DNA of 64,000 bases from Azolla caroliniana (lineage: Eukaryota > Plantae > Polypodiophyta): assembly GCA_043228905.1 (NCBI GenBank), contig JBHGNT010000002.1:13206001-13270000 (forward strand). The letters are read 5' to 3'. A program made the position numbers and the translations under genes. Of this stretch, positions 36,397-49,700 are shown one piece after another (position 1 is the first letter of the stretch; each line of letters starts with the position of its first letter). A model generated the notes under the pieces. It was given only the letters and a program-made list of their open reading frames with translations, ran no database searches and had not been told where the DNA came from.

Positions 36397-37743
36397 GGAT
36401 GGTAGTGTTTTCATGAATATGGATGAATCTCCAAATTCTTCAAAGGATGCGTGCATGGTTGAGTTAGTATCAAGCCCAAGAGGGGATGGTAAAAGAAAAC
36501 GATGTATTGGAGATAATAGTAATGACATGTCTTATGCTGATGCAATGCGACAAGATGATATTGAGAAAGATGATAGTCATTGGGAACATTTAAGATGCAT
36601 GGCAAATATATTAATGGAAGATTGTATAAGGGAGAATGTGAAAGTTGCTGAGGAGTTTGTTGGCGATGAAGTAGCTAAGGTAGAAATAGACAATAAGGAG
36701 TTTTTGGGCTCATTTGCTAATTTTTGTGATAAAGGGGTCATATTGTTTTTCATAGGAAAGATACCTTTCCTTTGGAGGGTCAAACAATGGTTACGTGGGA
36801 TTTTACAAGCTGATTGTGTTCAGGATGTTTATGCTGGTCCTCGTGGATTTTATGAGGTTGTTTTGGTATCACAAGAGTATAAAGAGAAATTACTCAATAA
36901 ATTGCCAAATTTTTATGAGAAAAGTTTGGTTCATATTGTTCCGTGGAGACCATTAGTGGAATACCAAGATATATTAAAGTAAGAGTGTCCCATATGGGTT
37001 GAGGTAGAGTGCACATATTCAGTGGTTTGGCCAATATTACGGTCAGTGATGGAAAAGTTGGGAAAGATCTTGGTGCCTCCTAGTGCTAATGCTCAAAATC
37101 GATATCGGATGTGTATTCTTTAGAATACTGCTATAAAGAGGCCAAGTTGTTTACAGATTGCATGTTCTGGTATGTCGCCTATGTATTTTTGGCTTAAACG
37201 GGGTACATTTGCAGGACATTGTTTCCACTGTGGTGTGTTGGGGCATTTTATGGCTGAATGTCCTCAAAAATGAAATAATGTAGTGGAAGTGGTACATGAA
37301 GAGCGTACAACTCATGATCAGATTCAAGATTTGACAATTTCAGAGCAAACAAAGGAACCACAAATTGTGAATGAGAAGGATGGAAAGACTCTAGAGGATG
37401 AAGGACAATGGCCAATAGTTTCTGGAAAGATGAAGAAGTCTAATAAAAATGTTGGGCATAATGTATCTATGGAGAAGGTCACACTGACACATCCCATGCG
37501 GAATAAACCATGGGCTCGTCAAGAGGACTATCCAAAGAAATTATCTTTTGATAATAAAGGTAATTTGTATGTTCCTTAGAATAAATGGAAATCGGTGCCT
37601 CGTTCACATGAGGAGCCATCAGGGTTTGGAGTTTTGCATTCCCATAATAATTCATATGCAATCTTAGGGGATTTATTTCCGGATATGGCAGAAACATTAG
37701 CAGTGAAGGAGAAGGAGATTTCTCGAATAAAAGGAAAAAATAA
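36397..37743 (+). pseudogene. LINE ORF1 with stops
   Basis: ORF 36338-36982 continues through stops to the CCHC knuckle and ORF 37283-37579. Confidence 0.75.
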
Positions 37744-37746
37744 AGT

Positions 37747-38784
37747 ATGAAGATCACCACATGGAATGTGAGGGGATTGTGTTCTAGATTTAGAATGCAT
37801 GAGGTTTGGAGGATTGTGTTAAGTGAGCAATGGGATGTTTTATGTGCAGTAGAGCATAAAGATCATCGTAATGCTGGTTTAATTAGTTATTCTAAGGGTT
37901 ATACATTATGTTATGCTGACAAGGTTCATGGGGATTATTCTGGGATTATCATGTTTATAAGAGATAAATTTCACCCAAAAGTAATTGTTTCAGATGAATT
38001 TGGAAGATTTATTGTGGTAGAGATATGTTATGAAGGGCAAGCTCTTTGGTTAGTTGGTGTGTATGCTTCAAATGTTTTACAAGAACGAAAGTTGTTATGG
38101 AGATCTCTAAACTCAGTGCTTGATAATGGTAGACCGGGTTTATTGATGGGAGATTTTAATGTTTGTTGTGAGACAGATCAATCAACATCTATCCACTCTA
38201 TTATGGATGGACCAGAGGCTCAAGAATGGGGAGATTTTGAGACTGAAGTCATGTTAAGGGATGTATGGAAATGGATCAAGGGAGATGAACCTGGTTATAC
38301 CTTTCAATCGGCTCAATATAAGGATACTTGGAGTAGGTTGGATCGAATGTATGTAATGCATACCGAAGGTTTTTTACCAGAGATTTTGGATATTTTAGTG
38401 TCTTATGGGTCAATTATATCAGATCATTTCCCATTAATTTTTGAGTTCAATCACCACTAAATTAGAGGTTTTCATGAGTTTATAGGAAAACCACCGTTGA
38501 TTTTTAATTCATCATTTTTGGATCATGAGGTCTTCCATGCCTATATGTGTCAATTGATTGATGCATTTGCCTATCGTGTTCAATTTGATGGGTAACTAGA
38601 TATTATGGAATTCACCATGCTTTTAAAAGGAGAAAGAAATTAAGTCTCCTAGTTAATTTGCTTGATAAATGCAACTCATTGTTCACTTATTGGCCAACGG
38701 ATGTAGAGTTGATGGGATATCAAGAGGTATTAATTTCTGCGATGCATGACCTAATGGCAAAAAATTATCAACATGCTAGACTAC
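37747..38784 (+). pseudogene. LINE ORF2 5' part (AP endonuclease)
   Basis: MKITTWNVRGL..LMGDFN..SRLDRMY..SDHFP. Confidence 0.92.
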
Positions 38785-40122
38785 GGGTCGAAGCATGCTA
38801 CGGTGTACCAACTTTTGGCCAAAAATTTAGTACTAAATCGAAGAAGAAAATAAACATTAAAAATTGTAAATAAGTTTCAAAAAACAAAAAACAAATTCAT
38901 TACGTCACACTCAAATGCACAAAGATATTGTACGTCACACTCGAAATGTCCCTAGGCCATATTTAATACATTAATTGTTGCCCCAGTCTCCTAGGTAGAG
39001 TTGTACGAAAGCACACCTGGAGAAGGTATCCATTGTGACAGTTGGCCAGTCTCAGTATCTCTCTCTCTCTCTCTCTGGTATGGGTAGTCGAACGTGTCAA
39101 TTGGTATGTCTCTCTCTCTCACTCTCTCACTCACTCACTCTCTCTCTCTCTTCTGTCTCGAAGTTGTCAGACAGACAGTGGCAGAAAGTTAAAGAAAGAC
39201 GACATATCTATTACAGGTCTATCTCTCTCTTTCTCTCTCTCACTCCACCTTCAAAGTTCTGTTTCTTTCTTTCTTTCTTTCTGTTTCTCTCTCTCACTCC
39301 ACCTTCGATTCTCTGTTTCCCCGCGTAGCTGTTCTTGTGTTCCCCTTTGTGCCAGGTTCGATCTCTGAACGCAGAGATTTTTGTTTCCCCTGCTCGTTGT
39401 ATGTGTTGTTGATTTTCCTTCCTTGTGTATGCTCGTTTGTTTCCTCTGTCTATGCTCGTTTGTCTCCTCTGCAGCAGCCTCGTTTGTCGAAATCAACACG
39501 GTGTGGTACCTCTGCAAGTTGTACGACCTCCAGGTATTCTCTGTGTTGCATGCCCAACTGGTATGTTTTCTTTTTCTGAATGTTTCCTGTCTGTCTGTTT
39601 TTTATTTGCGTGTGTATGGTCATTTTTAGGGTTTGATTATTCATAGTCTATGTGTTGCATGCCCAACTGGTATGTTTTTGTTTTCTCTGTGTTTCTCTGT
39701 GTTTCTTTTAAAAATGTATGACAATATTTTGATCGAGGTGGTTGTGTGTTAGACATGTTTGTACATGCAACGTAAATGGAGTTGGCTATGATGAGTTGCT
39801 ATGTTTTCGTTTTGTTCTTGTTTCCTGTCCATCTGTTTTATTTTGTGTGAGTTTGACATGGATGAGTGTTTTTCCGACTATTTTGGGTTTTTGTGTGTTT
39901 GACATGGCTTGTACATGCGATGTGATGGAGTTGGCTATGATGATTTACAATGTTTTCGTTTTCTTTGACTTTCCTATCTGTCTGTTTTTATTGTCTGTGT
40001 GTTTGACATGGATGAGTTTTTTTCCGACTATTTAGGGTTATTGTGTGTTTGACATGGTTTGTACATGCAATGTGATGATTTGCTATGTGTTGATGGTAAT
40101 TGCTTGAGTTTTCTTCTAGTAC

Positions 40123-43100
40123 ATGCATATTCATTCCCTGAGAATTGTGTTGACTAGGACAATGACGAGAAGGACACCCATAAAGAAGACATTGATGAAA
40201 GAGAAAGTGAAGACACCAGTGAAGGAAGGAAGAAGGACACCCATGAAAGAAAGCAAGAAGACACCCACAAGAGAAAGGGTGATGAATTCATCAACACAGA
40301 GAAAGAAGATGTACCACTCCATCAGTCGAGACACACCTCTTGGATGGAATTATTTCCTTCGAGCACGACCTGACGTGTATCCAGAGCTGAGAGAGTGGTT
40401 GTTAAAAACCTGGGGTTCAGCACATCCCGACACAAGGCGAGGATTCCACATAAGTGGTTTGACGAGATACGAACATGTTTATGATACAAATCAAATCACT
40501 AACAATGAGGTGGGTACTGTTTTTGCACGTGCTTTTGCATGTGAAGTTCAAGGTGGCATTGACGTAAATTGGGAAGATTTTAATCGGCACCGGTCAGAAC
40601 ATTACAAAGGGTCCTCCAGTACCAACACTGGCTTGAAGTCATCTGGAACCTCTCATGTGGATATTCTAGCTATAACACCTGTCCACCAAGTTCTAGAGGC
40701 AAAGGTATGGGCCACAATGATTGAAAAGCATGAACAGATGATGGCCGGTTGCATAGCTTCTATGAGCTCAAGAATACAAACACTACTTGCTGATTTGGAA
40801 GCAGTTAAATTAGCTGAGATACAGGCAGAAAAGAAATTTTCTTCAATAAAAACTACATATGAATGGATTGCATCGACAATCCAAAATTCAGAAAGTGAGG
40901 TGTTGAAAGAGGAGTTGAAGAAAGAGCTAAACAATATGGGCACTCAATTAGGTTCACAGATGAGAGACCTTGATACTTGCAGGAATGCACATGAAGAAAT
41001 AGATAATAAGTTGTCAGCCTTAAAGTTGCATTCTGAGAACCTTGCATGCTTGATGCAGGATTTAAAACAAAATGGTTTTGATACTTTGTGTCCATTTGTA
41101 ATTGAGCACCCAAGTGGTATAGAAAGTACCATTATTAGTATCGCTATATCACGGTATTGGCTTTAAAAGTTATTTATTTCTACTTCTCTGGTATAAATAA
41201 GTGAGCAGCTAATATATTATAACTTGTGTTTGCAATCTTCCAGGTGTATATTTTGTGGCCTCGGATTCAATCTGGAGGCTATGGATGTTGTGATTACACC
41301 ATGCTTGCACACATATCATGTGCTATGTGCTAAGTATCATTTTGAGAAAGAGAATACATGTATGGACTGTAAAACTACAATTGCGGCTGAGTGGTACTAT
41401 GCTTGGGGTTTAAAAGTACACCCGTATGGTATGTGGCTCTACTATTCTATTGTTTGTATTATATGATGTCAATTAACATTTGGACTAGAACTAGTGTATG
41501 CCACAATTCATACTTCAAATTTAGTGTAATCTCTAACAACTATTATGTGGAACCCTAATTATGTGGGTTAGTATTGGCAGTACTCTTAATATATATTTGG
41601 TATGTGTAGTTGAAGGGATATTTTCCACAATTAGTAGTACTAAAAGGGAACCAGGTACAACATCGTCCAATCTATATTGCAACTTGCCTAGTATTAGTTT
41701 AGTAAACACTATACTTATAGTACATTGTTGACTGTTAGATTGTTTGTGTAACTTGGGAATTAGTACTAGTAATGTAATTTGGGAACAAGGTGTATAGTAA
41801 ATTGCTGAATAATAGTACAATTATTGTAATTTGGAAATGAGGTGTGTCAAACACATATCACGTTTAGTACTAATACTGTTCAAGATTAATACTGTTGGTG
41901 TAATTAGTACAAGTTATGTAACTAGGTGTGTAGAAGACATATCATGTTTAGTATTACTTGTGTGCAAAATACCAATCTACATTTGTTGGATTAGTACTTA
42001 GTAAGTACTACATGGTTCATGATTAGTACTAGTTCTGTACTTTGTGAACTAAGTTACTAGTACATTGCTCATGATTAATACTAGTTTTGTAATTTGGGAA
42101 CTGAGTAGTACTTTGTTCCTTATTAGTATTAGTTTTGTACCTTATTAGTACTAGATCAGTAATCTAGAAAATAAGTGAGTAGTACATTTTGTAGGATTAG
42201 TACTAATTGTGTAATTTGACTAAGTCAGTGGTACATTGTTGAGTAGTACATTGTTCAGGATTAGTACTAATTGTGTAATTTGACTAAGTCAGTGGTACAT
42301 TGTTCGGGATTAGTACTCCTTGTGTAATTTGCTAACTAAGTGAGTAGTATATTGTGCATGATTAGTACTACTTGTGTAAATTGGGAACTAAGTGAGCATT
42401 ACATTGTTCGGGATTAGTACTCCTTGTGTAATTTGGTAACTAAGTGAGTAGTATATTGTGCATGATTAGTACTACTTGTGTAAATTGGGAACTAAGTGAG
42501 CATTACGTTGTTCGGGATTAGTACTCCTTGTGTAATTTGGTAACTAAGTGAGTAGTATATTGTGCATGATTAGTACTACTTGTGTAAATTGGGAACTAAG
42601 TGAGCAGTACATTGTTCGGGATTAGTACTCCTTGTGTAATTTGCTAACTAAGTGAGTAGTATATTGTGCATGATTAGTACTACTTGTGTAAATTGGGAAC
42701 TAAGTGAGCATTACATTGTTCGGGATTAGTACTCCTTGTGTAATTTGGTAACTAAGTGAGTAGTATATTGTGCATGATTAGTACTACTTGTGTAAATTGG
42801 GAACTAAGTGAGCATTACGTTGTTCGGGATTAGTACTCCTTGTGTAATTTGGTAACTAAGTGAGTAGTATATTGTGCATGATTAGTACTACTTGTGTAAA
42901 TTGGGAACTAAGTGAGCAGTACATTGTTCGGGATTAGTACTCCTTGTGTAATTTGCTAACTAAGTGAGTAGTATATTGTGCATGATTAGTACTACTTGTG
43001 TAAATTGGGAACTAAGTGAGCATTACATTGTTCGGGATTAGTACTCCTTGTGTAATTTGGTAACTAAGTGAGTAGTATATTGTGCATGATTAGTACTACT

Positions 43101-45612
43101 TGTGTAAATTGGGAACTAAGTGAGCATTACGTTGTTCGGGATTAGTACTCCTTGTGTAATTTGGTAACTAAGTGAGTAGTATATTGTGCATGATTAGTAC
43201 TACTTGTGTAAATTGGGAACTAAGTGAGCAGTACATTGTTCGGGATTAGTACTCCTTGTGTAATTTGCTAACTAAGTGAGTAGTATATTGTGCATGATTA
43301 GTACTACTTGTGTAAATTGGGAACTAAGTGAGCATTACATTGTTCGGGATTAGTACTCCTTGTGTAATTTGGTAACTAAGTGAGTAGTATATTGTGCATG
43401 ATTAGTACTACTTGTGTAAATTGGGAACTAAGTGAGCAGTACATTGTTCGGGATTAGTACTAGTTCAGTGATTTAGGAAATAAGTGAGTAGTACATTGTT
43501 CAAGATTAGTACTACTTATTAATTTGACTAAGTCAGTGGTACATTTTTCGGGATTAGTACTTGTGTAATTTGGTAACTAAGTGAGTAGTATATTGTGCAT
43601 GATTAGTACTACTTGTGTATATTGTGCATGATTAGTACTAATTGTGTAAATTGGGAACTAAGTGAGCAGTACAATGTTCCTTATTAGTACTAGTTCAGTA
43701 ATTTAGGAACTATGTGAGTAGTACATTGTTCATGATTGGTACATTGTGTAAAATGGGAAGCAACTCTTGTGACCTACATTATATATTTTAGATGATGGTA
43801 CTAACATTCAAGGTTTTTTTGTTTCTTGCAATGAATGTTGTAGTGTCAAGCAACTCCATGCCAGGGAAGGTAATGGAACAACCAGCCCCTGTGCCTAAAC
43901 CCTCAATATCTGTTGCACATTCCAAGGTTCAGGGACCATCATTACCAATAACCTATGATTTTTATGATCAGGATGAATGTATGAGAAGGGCCATTGGAGC
44001 AGTGGAACATATGCTTCTACAAACAAATTCCCCAAGCTCCGGTCAACATCAAGAAATAGAGCCCACTAAGAAGAGAAATGCAGTTTCTTTACAAATAGAG
44101 CCCAGTAAGAAGAGAAATGCTGCAAGAATGTTGTATGGAAACGGCAAGAAAGGCAAAGTTGAATGCAATGGTGAGTCATATAAGTTCTCACTTGTCTGGA
44201 GCATTGTCAACCTAATCCATTGTCTAATACCATGTACTTGTGTTACTAGCTGATGATGAAATGATATTTGGTGACGAAGATACGAGTCCAAAACCTGATC
44301 ATGAAGACGAATTTATCACACTCCCAGGTACACGTCACAAGCCAGACTTTGAAAACAATGATTAAGCTCATAACAACCCTATTTTTGTTGTTATTATAGA
44401 TCATAACAACACTGTTGAGCACCTAGATGTTGTGGAGAAGATGACCGAGCCCACCACTTGCACTGGGGTATCTACGACTGTATAGTATGACGATGTAACA
44501 TTAGGTAAAAATGTGGCCCTAAACCCTATGTTCATTGTTTGCAAACTTTTGAGTATGTGAGTTCATATCAATATTCTTTGGAATCCCATTAATTAGGTTT
44601 ACAAGAGCAGTCTGATTCCCAACTGCAATCAAATGAATCGGGAACTTCATGGAGCACAAGTGCAGAATCAGATTCCCATCAGAGTCAGAATCAAATTAAC
44701 CTTTGCAAGGAGGCAGACTCTGGAAGCACATCTTCCACACATGAGGATTGTGAGAAAAACGAAGCATTCATATGTGAAGAGCAGCTGGCATGTACAAACA
44801 ACACTATGTCTAAAGAAGCCTATGAGTGTGGAAAGAATATGGCAAGTACTGAAGAGAAGATTGAAGCCCATGAAGAGTGTGGAAAGAATATGGCAAGTAC
44901 TGATTGTACTGATAATGTGGCAAGTGCTGAAGAGAAGACTGATTGTACTGATAATGTGCTAGTACTATCTAAAGATTCCCATGAGGATCATGGAAAGAAC
45001 ATTGCTAGTAATGAAGAGGAGCTTGATTGTACTGAGAATGTGCTAGTAGTGTCTTGTGAAGCCCATGAGGATCGTGGAAAGAACATCGCTTTCCCTGAAG
45101 ATAAGCCTGATTGTACAGAATCCCATGAGGAGTGTAGAGCAAACAACGTTACTAATGAAGGTGGGCCTGATTGTACTCAGAGCGAACAACGTTGTCTTAA
45201 GAATGAGGTGACATCCATCGTACAATAGGAGTTGACCATGACTACTGCCACGGTCCACATACAGGAGTCTAATAAGAACGAGTGTATAGGCATCGGTGAT
45301 GATGATAGGGCAATAAAGATCGCTAGGACTACAAGCATTCAGGAGATGAGTGATAATTTGTCTATCAACAACACCTTTGTGGATTTGTGTACAAGCATTG
45401 CAGTTGCAGAAAACATAGTTGCTCTCTCAAGCTTGCCACCAGTACAAGGTGCCTGCGCATCCACGCCTGTCTCTGATGCCTCTGATGATGAAGTGCCACT
45501 TAGTCAGCTCATACCTAAAGGCTTTAAGATAAAGAAGAATGTAAAATCAGAAAAATCTGGCACCAACAACAAGCGCATTACAAGATCGGCCAAGTTACCC
45601 TCTAGTGCCTGA
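40123..45612 (+). pseudogene. Transposon-borne 6-exon gene: basic N-terminus, coiled coil, RING-H2 finger, acidic repeats, basic tail (about 913 codons, 2 in-frame TAG stops)
   Basis: Exons 40123-41153, 41244-41428, 43844-44170, 44250-44327, 44400-44504 and 44597-45612, all GT-AG and phase-compatible. RING CIFC..CLHTYHVLC..CMDC. TAG at 44483-44485 and 45226-45228. Confidence 0.75.
42190..43700. repeat. Intronic satellite: 52-bp A/B monomers, 104-bp dimer, 312-bp higher-order period
   Basis: ATTAGTACT starts at 42309, 42361, 42413 and onward. The GCTAAC variant recurs at 42331, 42643, 42955 and 43267. Confidence 0.95.
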
Positions 45613-45741
45613 TTGTCTTTCGATTGTACTTGAACTTTAGTTGTTAGTGATGTCTGAAATTGAACTATTTGGATACCAAAATACTGTTTCAATTGCCAAT
45701 GTAAAAAATCTAGTTCATGAATCTGAAATAGTTATACCAGT

Positions 45742-46574
45742 GTGAAATCAAGTTCATGTTTAAGGATTGCTTCTATATTTTGCTCATCAACATATATAAA
45801 AAACAATGGGAATATACTTTTTGATCTAAGTATTCTTATTTTACAACGTTTTGTTTCTTTTTTGAGATCATCTCCTAATCCTCGCAAAGTCTTTCAGTCT
45901 ATTGTAGATAAAATGCTTGAAAGTCTTCTTAGCTTGCTAGGAAAATTTAGGTTTTTAGGTGTTGATGATGAGAAATAGAAAATATCGGGTGTTATTGAAG
46001 ATATACTGAAGTATAGACTGTTTCATCAATCCCATTTGGAGGGTAACCAGAATGTGTGCAAATTGTTGAAGCAATGTGGGCCATATTTTGATGATATCAT
46101 CCCAAAGGATGAATCATCCACTAACAGTAGTAAGGAAACACTTACCTTTTTGAGCTATCACAAATTATTGTTTCAGAAGTTGGATTATTTTGTTAAGGAA
46201 AGGAAGGTCTGTACTTTAAAATCCATAGCCTGAATATTCAGGACTTATATACAAGAAGTAAAAACTCAGATGGCTTCACAGGACATATCATGAAACAAAA
46301 AAGGATTCTGAGAGAATAATTTTCATTGTTGTCTTCACAGAATTCATCACCCCCTTTGAAAAATGAACTTACAGTAGAAAATCTTACAATATTAAAGTCT
46401 TTAATGAATTCAACTAACAATCTTCTCTTGGTAGCAAAAGAAGAGCAGATTTATGTGCCAACAGAGGACACACTAACTCTGCAAAACTCCTATGCTCAAA
46501 TAACATCAGGAAACATGAGCAATATCGGCAATGAAGAAATCCAAGTCCTGTTGACAACAGCTAATATATTATGA
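45742..46574 (+). pseudogene. Probable captured host exon fragment resembling plant Urb2/Npa2 (nucleolar pre-ribosome factor)
   Basis: ORFs 45742-45978 and 46036-46233 are in the same frame, 46326-46574 is frameshifted. Motifs IEDILKYRLFHQSHLEG, SYHKLLFQKL and NNLL..EQIYVPTED resemble plant Urb2 as recalled; not verified by search. Confidence 0.5.
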
Positions 46575-46719
46575 AAGATAAGTACAAGTGGTTGAGAGGC
46601 ATAAACCCTTTGGAAGAAAGACGAAATATATCAATTCATTTGTCAATCATCAAAATTAATAGTGAACTCCAAGTGGATGTTTTTCAGTTTTCTAGTACAA
46701 TGTATTGATAGGGTGACTT

Positions 46720-49700
46720 TCAAGCATTAAATAGAGAGACCTCCCCTAATATGTGCTCATGAACCTCTTGGGGGACCTTGTAGACAGTGTTGTATCCCTT
46801 AACCTTGTGCTTTGCTTGAGTCATATTGAATTTGATCGCAAGAATGGCATCAGCGTAGATTATTGCGATGGGTGCTTCTTTTAGTAATGCATATGTGTTC
46901 TTGCACTGCGGCAACTTTGCATAATAGTTTCCATACACGACAGACTCACCAACGTTGAAATTGTTGCCCCAACCATCCCTCACCACTTCTTTCAATAATG
47001 TCTTTCCTTGCTTGCACACCACAATGTAGTAGTCTTCTAAATCTTCATTCTGAGAATATTTGAGCACTGCAAAATGATCTCCAACTTCCAATAAAATTGC
47101 CAAGTCTTGATTTTGGTTGTAGTATACAATATCGTTTGAATGCACATCCTCTTCAATATTATCTTGTCGTTCAGGCTCAAGCTTCTGTAGCTTCCAGGGC
47201 TCCACGATTGATAGGTTGATGCATTTATCCCAAGCTTCATCTAGACACATGGAACAAAAGCATGATAAACTACGGAGTAACAATTGGGTTGTGTCCTTGC
47301 GGCTAAACCCTAACACACAATGGGTGCTGCGTGTGCCTTTCACGGTTTTACAACCATATGATTTAGTTCTATCGACCTCATCAGCGCGAACTTCAACAAA
47401 CAATCTGTTCTTACCATCATTTGACATCTTCCATGTTAGCCACTGCACATCATGTGCATTTTGTAACTTAGCGCCATTATTATCCAACTGCTCACTTGTA
47501 AGGGCTCGTTTGATCACAACCCCCGCGCCATCATGCTCTCCTTTTCCATGTCCAGACCCGAAGTAATTCCATTGCATACAAATATTGAATAAGGAGAAAT
47601 ACCTGCTTTGGTATCTCAGGTTTCCAACAAAATTAGTACTATGTTGTCAATTGAGAGTACTACACTTCCATTAATACTGATTTAGTACAAATACAAAACA
47701 AAGCATAGCACAACGTATCCATTGAGAACACTCTACACTTATTAAAAGATAAATAGTACTATGTTGTCGACCAACAATACCTGGCATCCATTTAATACTA
47801 ACTTAGTATGGATATAGCACAAAGTATAGTACAATGAGTTCATGGAAAGCACTCTACATGTATTAATAGATAAATAGTACAAAATGTTCAATATCGGATA
47901 GTACAATACAATGTGTCCACGGAGAACACAACCCTCCTTAGAAGATCATTAGTACTACAAGACATGTACTTTACATCCCCCAATAAACACTGATTTAGTA
48001 TAGATACGCTGAACATTGATTAATAGATAATCAGTACCACACAGTGTGTTTAAAAGATGAGTACAAGATGAGTACAATACTATGAGTACAACATGAGTAA
48101 ATACTGATTTAGTACAATTCTCTTAAGGACGGACAATACTATGAGTACAAGATGAGTACTTTACATCCTCTTGTAAACACAACATAGTACAGATACAACA
48201 CACAACATAGTACAATGTGTCTATGGAGAACCCTTCACATGGATTAAAACATAATTAGTACAATTCTCTTAAGGACGGACAATACTATAAGTACAAGATG
48301 AGTACTTTACATCCTTTTGTAAACACAACATAGTACAAAACCAACACACAACATAGTACAATGTGTCTATGGAGAACCCTTCACATGGATTAATCGATAC
48401 TTAGTACAATTCTCTTAAGGACGGACAATACTATGAGTACAAGATGAGTACTTTACATCCTCCTGTAAACACAACCTAATACAGATACAACACACAACAT
48501 AGTACAATGTGTCTATGGAGAACCCTTCACATGGATTAAAACATAATTAGTACAATTCTCTTAAGGACGGACAATACTATGAGTACAAGATGAGTACTTT
48601 ACATCCTTTTGTAAACACAACATAGTATAGAACCAACGCACAACATAGTACAATGTGTATATGGAGAACCCTTCACATGGATTAAAACATAATTAGTACA
48701 ATTCTCTTAAGGACGGACAATACTCTAAGTACAAGATGAGTACTTTACATCCTTCTATACACACAACATAGTACAATGTGTCTATGGAGAACACTTCACA
48801 TGGATAAAAAGATCACTAGTACAATTCTCTTAAGGACGGACAATACTATGAGTACAAGATGAGTACTTTACATCCTTTTGTAAACACAACATAGTACAAT
48901 GTGTCTATGGAGAACACTTCACATGGATTAAAAGTTACTTAGTACAACATAATACAAACAAAATTAGTATGCATGCATCCATTCACAAGTGCAAGATTCG
49001 AATAGTTACAAACATAATTAGTATGCATCCATGTGACTAGTACTGTTTGTTAATAGTTACAAACATAATTAGTATGCATCCACTAACACAAGAATTACTT
49101 CCTTACACATTGCATGATAAGTACTAAACATATGGATTAAAAATTACCTGGCGATAAAGTAGAACGATCGTGCCGCCTTAAACTGCGAGGCAGCACCATC
49201 AGACCAAACCCAATGACGGTTAAAGGTTAACCCTAGAGAAAATAAATCTGCATGGTGAAGCTTAAAACAATGTTGAACAAATAGTGTATCATGCTTTTTA
49301 TCATCTGAAATGTAAAATATTGATTTCTTATGTAACTCACCGTCTTGCCTCCAATAGCAAATATGTACAAGTATTGTACATTGATCATTGTACCAATGCA
49401 TTGATTGAACCTCATTTTGAACTTTAAATGTATAGTTTTCTGCAAAATCAATAACGGATACAATGACACCCGTTGGTAAGTTATTAATACATTCCTTGAA
49501 CTGTGAATTTTGCCAATAACTCCGGAAGTTACGTGGAATAAACTCCCCAAGTTGTTTCTTAATTTCTGAGACAAGGGTAGCAACACATGTCTCCTTATAT
49601 ACTTCCTTGATACGCTTAGTTACAACTCCCTTGCCAATATTTTCAGTCACATACTCCAAATATTTCCATTTCACGATATGACTATTTCCCATATCAAGCT

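Noticed and set aside
39035-40035. Several Leu/Ser/Phe/Cys-rich ORFs
   Set aside because: CT- and GT-rich low-complexity leader or intron sequence upstream of the cargo gene.
42190-43700. Possible CRISPR array
   Set aside because: The units are contiguous near-identical monomers with no unique spacers, there are no cas genes, and the context is a eukaryotic intron.
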